Shown here one piece after another: positions 26,885 through 35,520 of a stretch of DNA of 64,000 bases. Both the position numbers and the translations under genes were made by a program. Within the stretch, counting starts at the first letter, position 1. Every line of letters begins with the position of its first letter. The notes under the pieces are model-generated. The model ran no database searches. It was given only the letters and a program-made list of their open reading frames with translations, and was not told the DNA's origin. Origin of the DNA: Thermoleophilia bacterium (GTDB lineage: Bacteria > Actinomycetota > Thermoleophilia > Miltoncostaeales > Miltoncostaeaceae); the NCBI GenBank assembly GCA_017853415.1, contig JAFMJQ010000001.1:12924-76923 (forward strand), in the 5' to 3' direction.

Positions 26885-28087
26885 TCACGTGCGGTAGTCG
26901 GCGTTGACCGACACGTACCCATGGCCGAGGTCGCTGGCGAAGATCTCCGCCCAGCCATCGCCGCGGCCCAGGCCCACCTGGATCTCGTACTCGGCGCGGG
27001 CCATCACCTCGTCGATTCCCGCGCCATCGGGCAGCACGCCGTCGAATCGCAGGGTGAAGTCCACGTGGCCGCCGGTGGATGCCAGCGCCTGGCCCACCGC
27101 CTGGTGCACGCGGCCCCAGTTGGCGTCGCGGCCATACACGGCGGTGCGCACCAGGGCGCTCTCCCCCACCCCCCGCGCCACGCGCTCGGCCTCGTCGCCG
27201 TCGAGCGCACCGTGCACCACCACGCGCACGGCATGCTCGGCGCCCTCGCCGTCCTTCACCATGAGGATCGCCAGGTAGCGGCAGATGGCGCGCAGGGCGC
27301 GCCCGAACAGCGCGAGGTCATCGCCCTCGAGCGGCGGACCCTCACCGTTGGCGAGCACCAGCAGGGTGTCGCTGGGGCTCATCTGGCCATCGACGCTGAT
27401 GCGATTGAAGCCCCCGGCGGCGGCGGCCCGGGTGATGATCAGCAGGTCGTCGGGCAGCACGCAGGCATCGGTGGTGACGTAGGCCAGCATGGTGGCCATG
27501 TCGGGCCGGATCATCCCCGCGCCCTTGGCCGCGGCCCCGATTGTCACCTCGCCCGTTGCCAGCGCCAGGCGGAAGGTGCCGCCCTTCGCAAAGGCATCGG
27601 TGGTGCGGATGGCCTCGCCGAATTCCGGGCCGCCATCGGCCGACAGCGCCGCGGCCGCCGCGTCGATTCCGGCGGCCACCGCCTTCATGGGCAGGCGCTC
27701 GCCGATGACGCCGGTGGAGCACACGGCGAGGCTTCCCACCGGCACCGCGGCGGCTGCCGCCGCGGCCTCGCCCATGGCCCGGGCATCCGCGATGCCCTGC
27801 TCTCCCGTGGCCGCGTTGGCGCACCCGGAGTTCACCACCACGCCGCGCAGGCTGCCGCCGTGCAGCGTGCGGGTGTACTCCACCGCCGCCGAGGGCATGG
27901 CACTCGGGGTGTCCACCAACGCCGACTGCGTGGCGCGATCGCTCACCAGCAGGCCGAGGTCGGGCAGGCCCTCTCCCTTGAGGCCCGCGGCCACGCCGGC
28001 CGCACGAAAGCCGTCAGGGGCCGTGACCCCGGTGCCCTCGATGCGCGTGAGGCCCTCGGGCGCGTCGATCCAGTCGGCGCGCTCCAC
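26885..28087 (-). CDS. argJ: Bifunctional ornithine acetyltransferase / N-acetylglutamate synthase
   Basis: Within ORF 26885..28240, GTG at 28087. VTAPDGFRAAGVAAGLK, NSGCANA, autoprocessing site PDMATMLAYVTTDA, SVDGQMSPSDT. Confidence 0.85.
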   Translation of the reverse strand: MERADWIDAPEGLTRIEGTGVTAPDGFRAAGVAAGLKGEGLPDLGLLVSDRATQSALVDTPSAMPSAAVEYTRTLHGGSLRGVVVNSGCANAATGEQGIADARAMGEAAAAAAAVPVGSLAVCSTGVIGERLPMKAVAAGIDAAAAALSADGGPEFGEAIRTTDAFAKGGTFRLALATGEVTIGAAAKGAGMIRPDMATMLAYVTTDACVLPDDLLIITRAAAAGGFNRISVDGQMSPSDTLLVLANGEGPPLEGDDLALFGRALRAICRYLAILMVKDGEGAEHAVRVVVHGALDGDEAERVARGVGESALVRTAVYGRDANWGRVHQAVGQALASTGGHVDFTLRFDGVLPDGAGIDEVMARAEYEIQVGLGRGDGWAEIFASDLGHGYVSVNADYRT

Positions 28088-28101
28088 CGGAGACCAGTCG
28101 G

Positions 28102-29082
28102 TCAGCGGAGCCCCTCGTCCTCGGGCCGGCCGGCCATGAGGTTGAGGTTCTGCACGGCCTGCCCGGCCGCCCCCTTCATGATGTTGTCGATCACGCCGAA
28201 GGCGATGAGGCGTCCCGACGCCTGGTCGACCATCGGGCACACCTGCGCGTAGTTGGTGCGCTGCACGGCTCGCATGCCCGGGGGCTGATCCACCACCTCC
28301 ACGAACGGCGCGTCGGCGTAGAAGTCGGCGTACTGCTGCCGCAGGTCGTCCGGGTGGGGAGCATCACCGTCGAACCGCGCGTAGCAGCTGGCCAGCAGGC
28401 CGCGGTCCACCGGCACCAGATGTGGCGTGAACACCACGTCGGTGCCGATCTCCTGCGCGATCTCCGGGGTGTGCCGGTGCCCGAGCACCTTGTAGGCCCG
28501 CACGCTGTCGGCCACCGACGAGTAGTGCACGTCGGGCGTGGGGGTGCGGCCCGCGCCGCTCACGCCGCTCTTGGCGTCGATCACGATGTCGCCCACGCGG
28601 CCCTTCACCGGGAGCAGCGCCAGCAGCGATGCCGTGGGGTAGCAGCCGGGGTTGGCCACCACGCGGGCTGCGGCGATGGCATCGCGGTTGATCTCGGGCA
28701 GGCCGTACACCGCCTCGGCCAGCAGGTCGGGGCGCGGGTGCTCGAACCCGTACCACTCGGGATAGAGCGCGGCGTCGCGCAGCCGGTGATCGGCGGATAC
28801 GTCCACCACCCTGGCGCCACGGTCAACCAGCTCGCCCACCGCCTGCGCGGCCTCGGCATGCGGGTAGCACACGGCGGCGAAGTCGCCGGCGCCCACCGCG
28901 TCGAGGTCGAGCTGCTGCAGCACGGCGTCCACCCGGTATTCGGGCGCCACGTCCACCAGGCGCCGGCCGGCGTCGGCGCGGGCGGTCACCTGGCCCAGCG
29001 AGAAGTGCGGATGGGCGTCCACCAGCGCCGCGAGCTGCGCCCCCGTGAAGCCCGCCGCGCCGATCACGTGGACGGTGCTCAT
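28102..29082 (-). CDS. argC: N-acetyl-gamma-glutamyl-phosphate reductase
   Basis: ORF 28102..29082. VIGAAGFTG, ANPGCYPT (active-site Cys), DAKSGVSGAGR. The start overlaps the pheT stop (ATGA). Confidence 0.9.
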   Translation of the reverse strand: MSTVHVIGAAGFTGAQLAALVDAHPHFSLGQVTARADAGRRLVDVAPEYRVDAVLQQLDLDAVGAGDFAAVCYPHAEAAQAVGELVDRGARVVDVSADHRLRDAALYPEWYGFEHPRPDLLAEAVYGLPEINRDAIAAARVVANPGCYPTASLLALLPVKGRVGDIVIDAKSGVSGAGRTPTPDVHYSSVADSVRAYKVLGHRHTPEIAQEIGTDVVFTPHLVPVDRGLLASCYARFDGDAPHPDDLRQQYADFYADAPFVEVVDQPPGMRAVQRTNYAQVCPMVDQASGRLIAFGVIDNIMKGAAGQAVQNLNLMAGRPEDEGLR

Positions 29083-31505
29083 GACCTCAGTTCCGCTCCC
29101 ACCTGGTCGCGCAGCGCGGCGACAGCCCGCTCCGTGACGCCGTCGATCTCCTCATCGGTGAGGGTACGCCCGGGCTCGGCGATGGTGAGGCGCACGGCCA
29201 GGCTCACCTGGCCCTCGGGCACCTGGTCACCGGCGTAGTGGTCGAACACCTCGGCCCGCTGCAGCAGGTCGCCACCGGCCTCGCGCGCCACGTCGAGCAC
29301 GTGCGCCGCCGTGACCGTCTCGGGCACGAGCACGGCCAGGTCGCGCGTGGACACCGGCACCGAGATGAGGTCGACATAGCGCCGCGGCTCCTCGGGGCCC
29401 ACCTGCGTGAGGGCCGGGATGCGCAGCGTCACCGCCACCACCGGGCCCTTCACGTCGAAGGCCTTGAGCACGGCGGGGTGCACCTCGCCGGCCACGCCCA
29501 CCACGATGCCGCCCGCGGTGAGGCGCGCCTGGCGCACCGGGTGCAGCCACGGCTCCTTCACCCCGGCCACGGCCTCGGCGTGCACGCCCACCGACGCCGC
29601 GAGCCCGATGCCGAGCCCGGTGGCCGACCAGACGTCCACCTCGGCGGGTGCCTGGCGCCAGCCGCGTGCGCCGGGAGCCCCGAACAGCAGGGCGGTGATC
29701 TCCTCGGGCTCGTCGGCCAGGCCGTCGGCGGCGGGGATGTAGGTGCGCCCCACCTCGAAGATCGCGCCATCGCGCCGCTGGTGCGCCTGGTTGCGCTCCA
29801 CGGCCCGCAGCAGCCCGGGGATGAGCGACCGCCGCATCACGGCCATCTCGTCGCTCAGGGCGTTGCCGATGCGCACCACCCGCCGGCGCTCGTCGTCGGC
29901 CGGCAGGTGCAGGCGGTCGGCGTCGGCCTCGGGCACGAACCGGTAGGTGATGGCCTCGCTCAGGCCCTGATCGCAGGCATACCGGGTGAGGCGCCGCACC
30001 ACCTTCTGCTGGGGGCTCAGCGACGCCCGGGCCTCGAGCCGCGGCAGCACGGCCGGGATGCGGTCGAAGCCGTGGACGCGCCCGACCTCCTCCACCAGGT
30101 CGATCTCGCGCACCAGGTCGGCCGTGCGCCACCACGGCACGGTCACCACGTGGGCGTCGGCGCCCTGCTCCACCGTGCACCCGAGCCGCCCGAGGATCTC
30201 CGCGCTCTCGGCGGGCGCGATGTCCACGCCGAGGATGGCCGCCACCCGCGCGTGGCGCAGGGTGATGGGCCCGGGTGCCTGCTCGGGCGCGCGCTCGTCG
30301 AGCACGCCCGGCACCAGCGACGCGCCCGCGAGCTCGTGCATGAGCCGGCACGCGATGGCCATGGCCACGGGCGGAAGGTCGGTGGGCTGGCCCTTCTCGA
30401 ACCGCGCGCTGCTCTCGGTGCGCAGGCCCAGGCCCAGCGAGGTGCGGATGATGCTCGGGCCGTCGAACGTGGCGGCCTCCAGCAGCACCCGCGTGGTGCC
30501 CTCCCCCACCTCGGCGAACTCGGCGCCGAAGATGCCGGCGATCACCGCGGGCTTCTCGGCGTCGGCGATCACGAGGTGATCTCCCCCGAGCGTGCGCTCC
30601 TGGCCGTCGAGCGTGACGATGCGCTCGCCCTCGCCCGCCCGGCGCACCACGATGGCGGGACCGGCCAGCCGGTCGAGGTCGAAGGCGTGCAGCGGCTGCG
30701 CGGTGAGCAGCATCACGTAGTTGGTGATGTCCACCACGTTGTTGATGCTGCGCATGCCCGCGGCCTCGAGGCGCCGCACCATCCAGTCGGGCGAGGGCCC
30801 CACCGTCACGTCGAGCAGCACCCGCGCCATGTAGCGGGGGCACAGGTCGGGGGCCTCCACCCGCAGCGACACGTAGTCGCCCACCTGCCCGGGGCCGTCC
30901 TCGGGCGGCGGCGCCGTGTCGAGGTCGTGCAGCGCCGCGCCCGTGATGGCGTGCACCTCGCGCGCGATGCCGTAGATGCCCTGGCAGTCGCCGCGGTTGG
31001 GGGTGAGCTCGAGCTCGAGGATCGTGCCGGGCGGGGGCAGCACGTCGATCACCGGGGTGCCGGCCGCGAGGTCGTCCCCCAGCACGAGGATGCCCTCGGA
31101 TTCCTCGGCCATCTCGAGCTCGCTCTCGCTGAGCACCATGCCCAGGCTCTCCACGCCGCGCAGCTTGGCCTTGCCCAGCTTCTGCCCGCCGGGCATCACC
31201 GCGCCCGGCAGCGCCACGGCCACGGTCTGGCCGGCGGCCACGTTTGGCGCCCCGCACACGATCTGCCGCGGGGCGTCGTCACCGGTGTCGACGCTCAGCA
31301 CCCGCAGGCGGTCGGCGTCGGGGTGCTGCTCGGCCGTGAGCACCTTGCCGATGCGGAACGCCTCGCGATTGCCCTGCGTGACCGGAATGCCGCGCGTGAC
31401 CGTGCGCTCCACGGCGGTGCCGGTGGCGGTGAGCCGGTCGGCGAGCGCGGCGTCGTCGAGGTCCACGGCCACGTGCTCGCGCAGCCATTCGAGCGGCAGC
31501 TTCAC
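29079..31505 (-). CDS. pheT: Phenylalanine--tRNA ligase beta subunit
   Basis: Within ORF 29079..31718, GTG at 31505 (GTGA overlap with pheS). VKLPLEWLREHV, tRNA-binding domain (KLRGVESLGM), B3/4, B5 and FDX-ACB pattern. About 808 aa. Confidence 0.9.
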   Translation of the reverse strand: MKLPLEWLREHVAVDLDDAALADRLTATGTAVERTVTRGIPVTQGNREAFRIGKVLTAEQHPDADRLRVLSVDTGDDAPRQIVCGAPNVAAGQTVAVALPGAVMPGGQKLGKAKLRGVESLGMVLSESELEMAEESEGILVLGDDLAAGTPVIDVLPPPGTILELELTPNRGDCQGIYGIAREVHAITGAALHDLDTAPPPEDGPGQVGDYVSLRVEAPDLCPRYMARVLLDVTVGPSPDWMVRRLEAAGMRSINNVVDITNYVMLLTAQPLHAFDLDRLAGPAIVVRRAGEGERIVTLDGQERTLGGDHLVIADAEKPAVIAGIFGAEFAEVGEGTTRVLLEAATFDGPSIIRTSLGLGLRTESSARFEKGQPTDLPPVAMAIACRLMHELAGASLVPGVLDERAPEQAPGPITLRHARVAAILGVDIAPAESAEILGRLGCTVEQGADAHVVTVPWWRTADLVREIDLVEEVGRVHGFDRIPAVLPRLEARASLSPQQKVVRRLTRYACDQGLSEAITYRFVPEADADRLHLPADDERRRVVRIGNALSDEMAVMRRSLIPGLLRAVERNQAHQRRDGAIFEVGRTYIPAADGLADEPEEITALLFGAPGARGWRQAPAEVDVWSATGLGIGLAASVGVHAEAVAGVKEPWLHPVRQARLTAGGIVVGVAGEVHPAVLKAFDVKGPVVAVTLRIPALTQVGPEEPRRYVDLISVPVSTRDLAVLVPETVTAAHVLDVAREAGGDLLQRAEVFDHYAGDQVPEGQVSLAVRLTIAEPGRTLTDEEIDGVTERAVAALRDQVGAELRS

Positions 31506-32512
31506 GAGAACTGCTCCAGGAACCGCAGGTCGCCCTCGTAGAGCAGGCGGATGTCGCTGATCTGGTGGCGGATCATCGCGATGCGGTCGAGCCCGAAGCC
31601 GAACGCGAAGCCGGTCCAGCGCTCGGGGTCGTAGCCCACGTTGGCGAACACGTTGGGGTCGACCATGCCCGCGCCCGCGACCTCGAGCCAGTCGGTGCGC
31701 CCGTTCCTGTCGGTCCACGACACGCTCACGTCCACCGACGGCTCGGTGAACGGGAAGAAGTGCGGGATCACCCGCACGTCGCGGTCGCCCAGCAGCCGCG
31801 TGAGGAAGTACTCGATGGTGCCCTTCAGATGCGCGAAGGTGAGCCCCTCGTCCACCGCGAGCCCCTCCACCTGGTGGAACATCGGGCTGTGCGTGGCGTC
31901 GACGTCGTCGCGGCGGTACACCGTGCCGGGGGCGATCACGTACACCGGCGGCGGGCCCGACTGCATGGTGCGGATCTGCACCGGCGAGGTCTGCGTGCGC
32001 AGCAGCACCTCGTCGCCGCCCTCGATGAAGAAGGTGTCGCTCTCTGATCGCGCCGGATGCCCCTCCGGGGTGTTGAGCGCCGTGAAGTTGTTGAAGCCGG
32101 TCTCCACCTCGGGGCCGTCGGCCACGGAGTAGCCCATCCCCAGGAAGATCTCCTCCACCTCGAGCGCCACCTGCGTGATGGGGTGCAGCGCACCCAGCGG
32201 GAAGGCGTTGCCGGGCAGGGTCACATCGGCCGTGTCGGCCTCGAGGGCCGCGCCCATGGCGTCGGCCTCCAGCGCATCGCGACGGGCGGCGAGGGCGTCC
32301 TCGATCGCCCTGCGGGCGGCGTTGCCCTCCTTGCCCACGCGGCCGCGCTCCTCGGGCGGAAGCGTGCCGATCGACCCCAGCAGCTCGGTGAGCGGCGCCT
32401 TGCGCCCGAGGAACCTCACGCGCGCCGACTCGAGCGCCTCGAGGTCGGGCGCGTCGGAGATCGCGGCGGTGGCTTCCTGGGCCAGCGCGGTGAGGTCGGG
32501 GATCCCGCTCAT
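31502..32512 (-). CDS. pheS: Phenylalanine--tRNA ligase alpha subunit
   Basis: ORF 31502..32512. HPIT, class II motifs (TQTSPVQIRTM, PGTVYRRD..DATHSPMFHQVEG, FGFGLDRIAM). Confidence 0.95.
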   Translation of the reverse strand: MSGIPDLTALAQEATAAISDAPDLEALESARVRFLGRKAPLTELLGSIGTLPPEERGRVGKEGNAARRAIEDALAARRDALEADAMGAALEADTADVTLPGNAFPLGALHPITQVALEVEEIFLGMGYSVADGPEVETGFNNFTALNTPEGHPARSESDTFFIEGGDEVLLRTQTSPVQIRTMQSGPPPVYVIAPGTVYRRDDVDATHSPMFHQVEGLAVDEGLTFAHLKGTIEYFLTRLLGDRDVRVIPHFFPFTEPSVDVSVSWTDRNGRTDWLEVAGAGMVDPNVFANVGYDPERWTGFAFGFGLDRIAMIRHQISDIRLLYEGDLRFLEQFS

Positions 32513-33306
32513 GACCGCGGCATCCTAGAGCACTGCCGCACCCGCTCGGCCAGCAGCGCCGCGCCCGCCGCCGAGACGTTGAGCGACTCCGCGCCCTCGC
32601 CCTGCGGGATCGTCACCTCCACCACCTCGAACGACGCGCGCAGGGCATCGATCACCGGGTCGAGCCCGGCGCGCTCGGCGCCGAGGGCCAGCACCGTCGG
32701 CACGGTGAGGTCGACATCCCAGGGGGCCGCCCCGCCATGGGCCACGGCCGCCACCACGCGGAACCCCTCGCGCGTGGCCAGGTCGTCGGGCGTGACCCCT
32801 TCCAGCACCGGCAGGGCGAAGGTGGCGCCCATGGCCGCGCGCACCGCGCGTGGATGCGCGGCATCGGCCGACCCGGGCCCCAGCGCCAGCCAGTCGGCGC
32901 CGAGCGCCGCCGAGGTGCGGATGAGCGTGCCCACGTTGCCGGGGTCGGCCACTCCGGCCAGGAACACGCCGAGCGCCGGGGGCATGGCCACGGTGCGGAA
33001 GTGATGCGGGCCCGACTGCGGGAACACGCCGATGATGCGCGGCGGCTGGGCAAGGGTGCTCACCCCGCCCATGAGCCGCGTGGATATCGCGTAGCGCTCG
33101 GCGAGCCCCGCCGTGGCCACCACGCGCGGGTCGTCGGCGGGCACGCGCTCCTCGTCCACCAGCAGCATCACGGGCGCCACCCCGCGATCGAGGGCCGCCT
33201 GCACGACATCCTCGCCCTCGGCCACGAGCAGGCGCTCCTCGCGGCGCGTGCGCTTCTGCTGCAGCCTGCGCACCTGCTGCAGCGCAGGATTGCGATGAGA
33301 GGTCAC
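32509..33306 (-). CDS. TrmH/SpoU-family RNA 2'-O-methyltransferase
   Basis: Within ORF 32509..33555, GTG at 33306. NPALQQVRRL..LVAEGEDVV, DPGNVGTLIRTSAALG, LGAERAGL, IPQGEGAESLNVSAAGA. Same position as tsnR between rplT and pheS in mycobacteria. Confidence 0.8.
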   Translation of the reverse strand: MTSHRNPALQQVRRLQQKRTRREERLLVAEGEDVVQAALDRGVAPVMLLVDEERVPADDPRVVATAGLAERYAISTRLMGGVSTLAQPPRIIGVFPQSGPHHFRTVAMPPALGVFLAGVADPGNVGTLIRTSAALGADWLALGPGSADAAHPRAVRAAMGATFALPVLEGVTPDDLATREGFRVVAAVAHGGAAPWDVDLTVPTVLALGAERAGLDPVIDALRASFEVVEVTIPQGEGAESLNVSAAGAALLAERVRQCSRMPRS

Positions 33307-33371
33307 CCGGCGGAGGGGCCCCGGGCCGCCCCCGCCGCGTGAGTCTCGTGTCGCGGGCCCGGTGCCTTCGG

Positions 33372-33734
33372 TCAGGCGGCCGCGCGGGCGTCGGCGGCCC
33401 GCGCGCACAGGGCGGCGAAGTGCTCCGGCTCGTTCACGGCGAGGTCGGCGAGGATCTTGCGATCCATCTCCACGCCGGCCAGCGAGAGGCCGTGGATGAA
33501 CTCCGCGTAGTTGAGGCCGTTGAGGCGGGCCGCCGCGTTGATGCGGGCGATCCACAGGCGACGGAAGTCGCGCTTGCGCGCACGGCGGTCACGGTAGGCG
33601 TAGTTGCCCGACCGCTGCACCTGCTCCTTCGCGCGGCGGTACGACGAGTGCTTGGTGCCCCAGTAGCCCTTGGCCTGGCCGAGGACCTTGCGCCGCTTCT
33701 TGCGGGCGTTGACGGAACGCTTGACGCGGGCCAT
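33372..33734 (-). CDS. rplT: 50S ribosomal protein L20
   Basis: ORF 33372..33734. [26 protein letters not shown]... Confidence 0.95.
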   Translation of the reverse strand: MARVKRSVNARKKRRKVLGQAKGYWGTKHSSYRRAKEQVQRSGNYAYRDRRARKRDFRRLWIARINAAARLNGLNYAEFIHGLSLAGVEMDRKILADLAVNEPEHFAALCARAADARAAA

Positions 33735-33737
33735 GGA

Positions 33738-33935
33738 CTATCGCCTCCCCAGAAGACGAAGGATTGCCGGACGGTCGACCTCGGCGATGGAGGCGGGCTT
33801 CGCGATGGCGCGCTTCTGCTTGCCGCTCTTGTGCTCGAGGTTGTGGCGCAGCCCCGAGTGCACGTACATGATCTTGCCCTTCCGCGTGGGGCGGAAGCGC
33901 TTCGAGGCCGACTTGTTGGTCTTCATCTTGGGCAT
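33738..33935 (-). CDS. rpmI: 50S ribosomal protein L35
   Basis: ORF 33738..33935. MPKMKTNKSASKRFRPTRKGKI... Confidence 0.95.
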   Translation of the reverse strand: MPKMKTNKSASKRFRPTRKGKIMYVHSGLRHNLEHKSGKQKRAIAKPASIAEVDRPAILRLLGRR

Positions 33936-33954
33936 GTCTGGGGAACCGTGCTTC

Positions 33955-34599
33955 CTATGAGGTCTCTGCCGGGGCCTCCGCCGGAGCGGCGTCGACCTGG
34001 GCGGGCTCGGCCGCGGCGGGCTCTGCCGGGGCCTTTTCCTTCTTCTGCGGGACGTCCTTGACGGGCGCGAGCATCATGATCATGTTGCGGCCATCGAGGT
34101 TGGGCCGGCTCTCGATCGTCGCGAGGTCCTGCACCTCCTCGGCGAGCTGGAGGAGGATGGCCTCCCCGCGCTCCGGGTGCATCAGCTCGCGCCCCCTGAA
34201 CATGATCGTGACCTTGACCTTGTCCTTGTTCTTGAGGAACCGGAGGACGTGGCCCTTCTTGGTCTCGTAGTCATGCGGGTCGATCTTGGGCCGGAACTTG
34301 ATCTCCTTGATGGTGATCGTGCTCTGGTGCTTTCGCGCCTGCTTTGCCTTCTGCTCCTGCTCGTAGCGCCACTTGCCGTAATCCATGATGCGGCAGACGG
34401 GCGGCCGACCCTCCGGGGCAACCTCGACCAGGTCGAGGTTGAGACCGATGGCGATGTCCAGCGCCTCGTCGGTGCGCATCTCACCCCGGTTCTCGCCGTT
34501 CTCGTCGATGAGGCGAATTCGCTCGACGCGGATGGCGTCGTTTATCCGGGTTGACGGCCCTGCGGGCGGTCGCGTATCTGGGCCGCGCCTAGGTGGCAC
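33955..34599 (-). CDS. infC: Translation initiation factor IF-3
   Basis: ORF 33955..34599. RINDAIRVERIRLIDENGE, LDLVEVAP, PVCRIMDYGKWRYE, KEIKFRP. The GTG at 34599 lies 17 codons before RIN. The start codon is uncertain because infC often uses non-canonical starts. Ala/Pro/Glu-rich C-terminal tail. Confidence 0.9.
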   Translation of the reverse strand: MPPRRGPDTRPPAGPSTRINDAIRVERIRLIDENGENRGEMRTDEALDIAIGLNLDLVEVAPEGRPPVCRIMDYGKWRYEQEQKAKQARKHQSTITIKEIKFRPKIDPHDYETKKGHVLRFLKNKDKVKVTIMFRGRELMHPERGEAILLQLAEEVQDLATIESRPNLDGRNMIMMLAPVKDVPQKKEKAPAEPAAAEPAQVDAAPAEAPAETS

Positions 34600-34749
34600 G
34601 GGCTACGGGCGTCGTCAGGCGAGCCCCTCCTGCAGATCGGGGCGCGGCGCGCCCGGTGGACTGGTACTTCGTGAAGCCGGGGCACAATAGCAGGACGCGC
34701 GCGAGCCGCATGCCCCCCTTCCGTCCGGTCGGTACGCCACCATCCGGCC

Positions 34750-35484
34750 ATGCCCGAGGTCGTGCTGGGCGGTCGCGCGGTGCCCTACCTGCTCGTCCGC
34801 AATCCGAGGTCGCGCCACGTGCGCATGTCGCTCACGCCCGAGGGGCTGCGCGTGTCGGCGCCCACGCGGCTGCCGCAGTCCGAGGTCGACCGCGCCGTGG
34901 CGTCGAAGGAGCGCTGGCTGCTGCGCCATTCCGACCTCCTGCTCCCCCACGCACCGGCCCCACTGCTGGACGGCATGGCGCTGCCCTTCCTCGACGGGGA
35001 GGTGGAGCTCGGCGTGCGCGTCGCCCACCGCGGGGCGGTGTCGTTCCGGCCCGATGAGGGGCGCGTCGCCGTCGCCACCACCGGTGGGCCGGATTCCCCG
35101 GCCCGGGTGCGTGACCTCGTGGAGCGTGGCTACCGCGGCGTGGCCCGCGACTGGTTCGCATGGGCATGCGGGCACTTCGGCCCGATGGTGGGTGCCACGC
35201 CGTCGTCGATATCGGTGCGCGACCCGCGCACCCGCTGGGGCAGTTGCTCGGCCCGCGGCTCGGTGTCGCTCAGCTGGCGCCTGATGATGGCCCCCGCCCG
35301 GGTGGCCGAGTACGTGGTGGTGCATGAACTCGCCCACCTCGTGCACCTCGACCACTCACCGGCGTTCTGGGACCTCGTCGCGCGGGTGCGTCCAGCCCAC
35401 CGCGCGGAGTCGGCATGGCTGCGCGAGCACGGCGGCTGGTTGTGGCGCTCACCGGGCGCGGGAGAGCGACCGCCCGGGCCGTAG
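34750..35484 (+). CDS. YgjP-like M48-family metal-dependent hydrolase (DUF45)
   Basis: ORF 34750..35484. RTRWGSCS..G.vsLSWRLMMAP....YVVVHELAHLVHLDHSPAFW (HExxH), the characteristic DUF45 pattern. Confidence 0.75.
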   Translation: MPEVVLGGRAVPYLLVRNPRSRHVRMSLTPEGLRVSAPTRLPQSEVDRAVASKERWLLRHSDLLLPHAPAPLLDGMALPFLDGEVELGVRVAHRGAVSFRPDEGRVAVATTGGPDSPARVRDLVERGYRGVARDWFAWACGHFGPMVGATPSSISVRDPRTRWGSCSARGSVSLSWRLMMAPARVAEYVVVHELAHLVHLDHSPAFWDLVARVRPAHRAESAWLREHGGWLWRSPGAGERPPGP

Positions 35485-35520
35485 GGCGTTCGGGGCCGTG
35501 GGGCGGCCGGAGCCGGGGCC

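Noticed and set aside
33955-34599. A non-canonical AUU/AUA start for infC (classical autoregulation), for example ATA at the RIN motif.
   Set aside because: It cannot be established from sequence alone. The GTG at 34599 gives an N-terminal length comparable to E. coli IF3. No SD-like element is correctly spaced for any candidate. I reported the ORF-track coordinates and flagged the start as uncertain.
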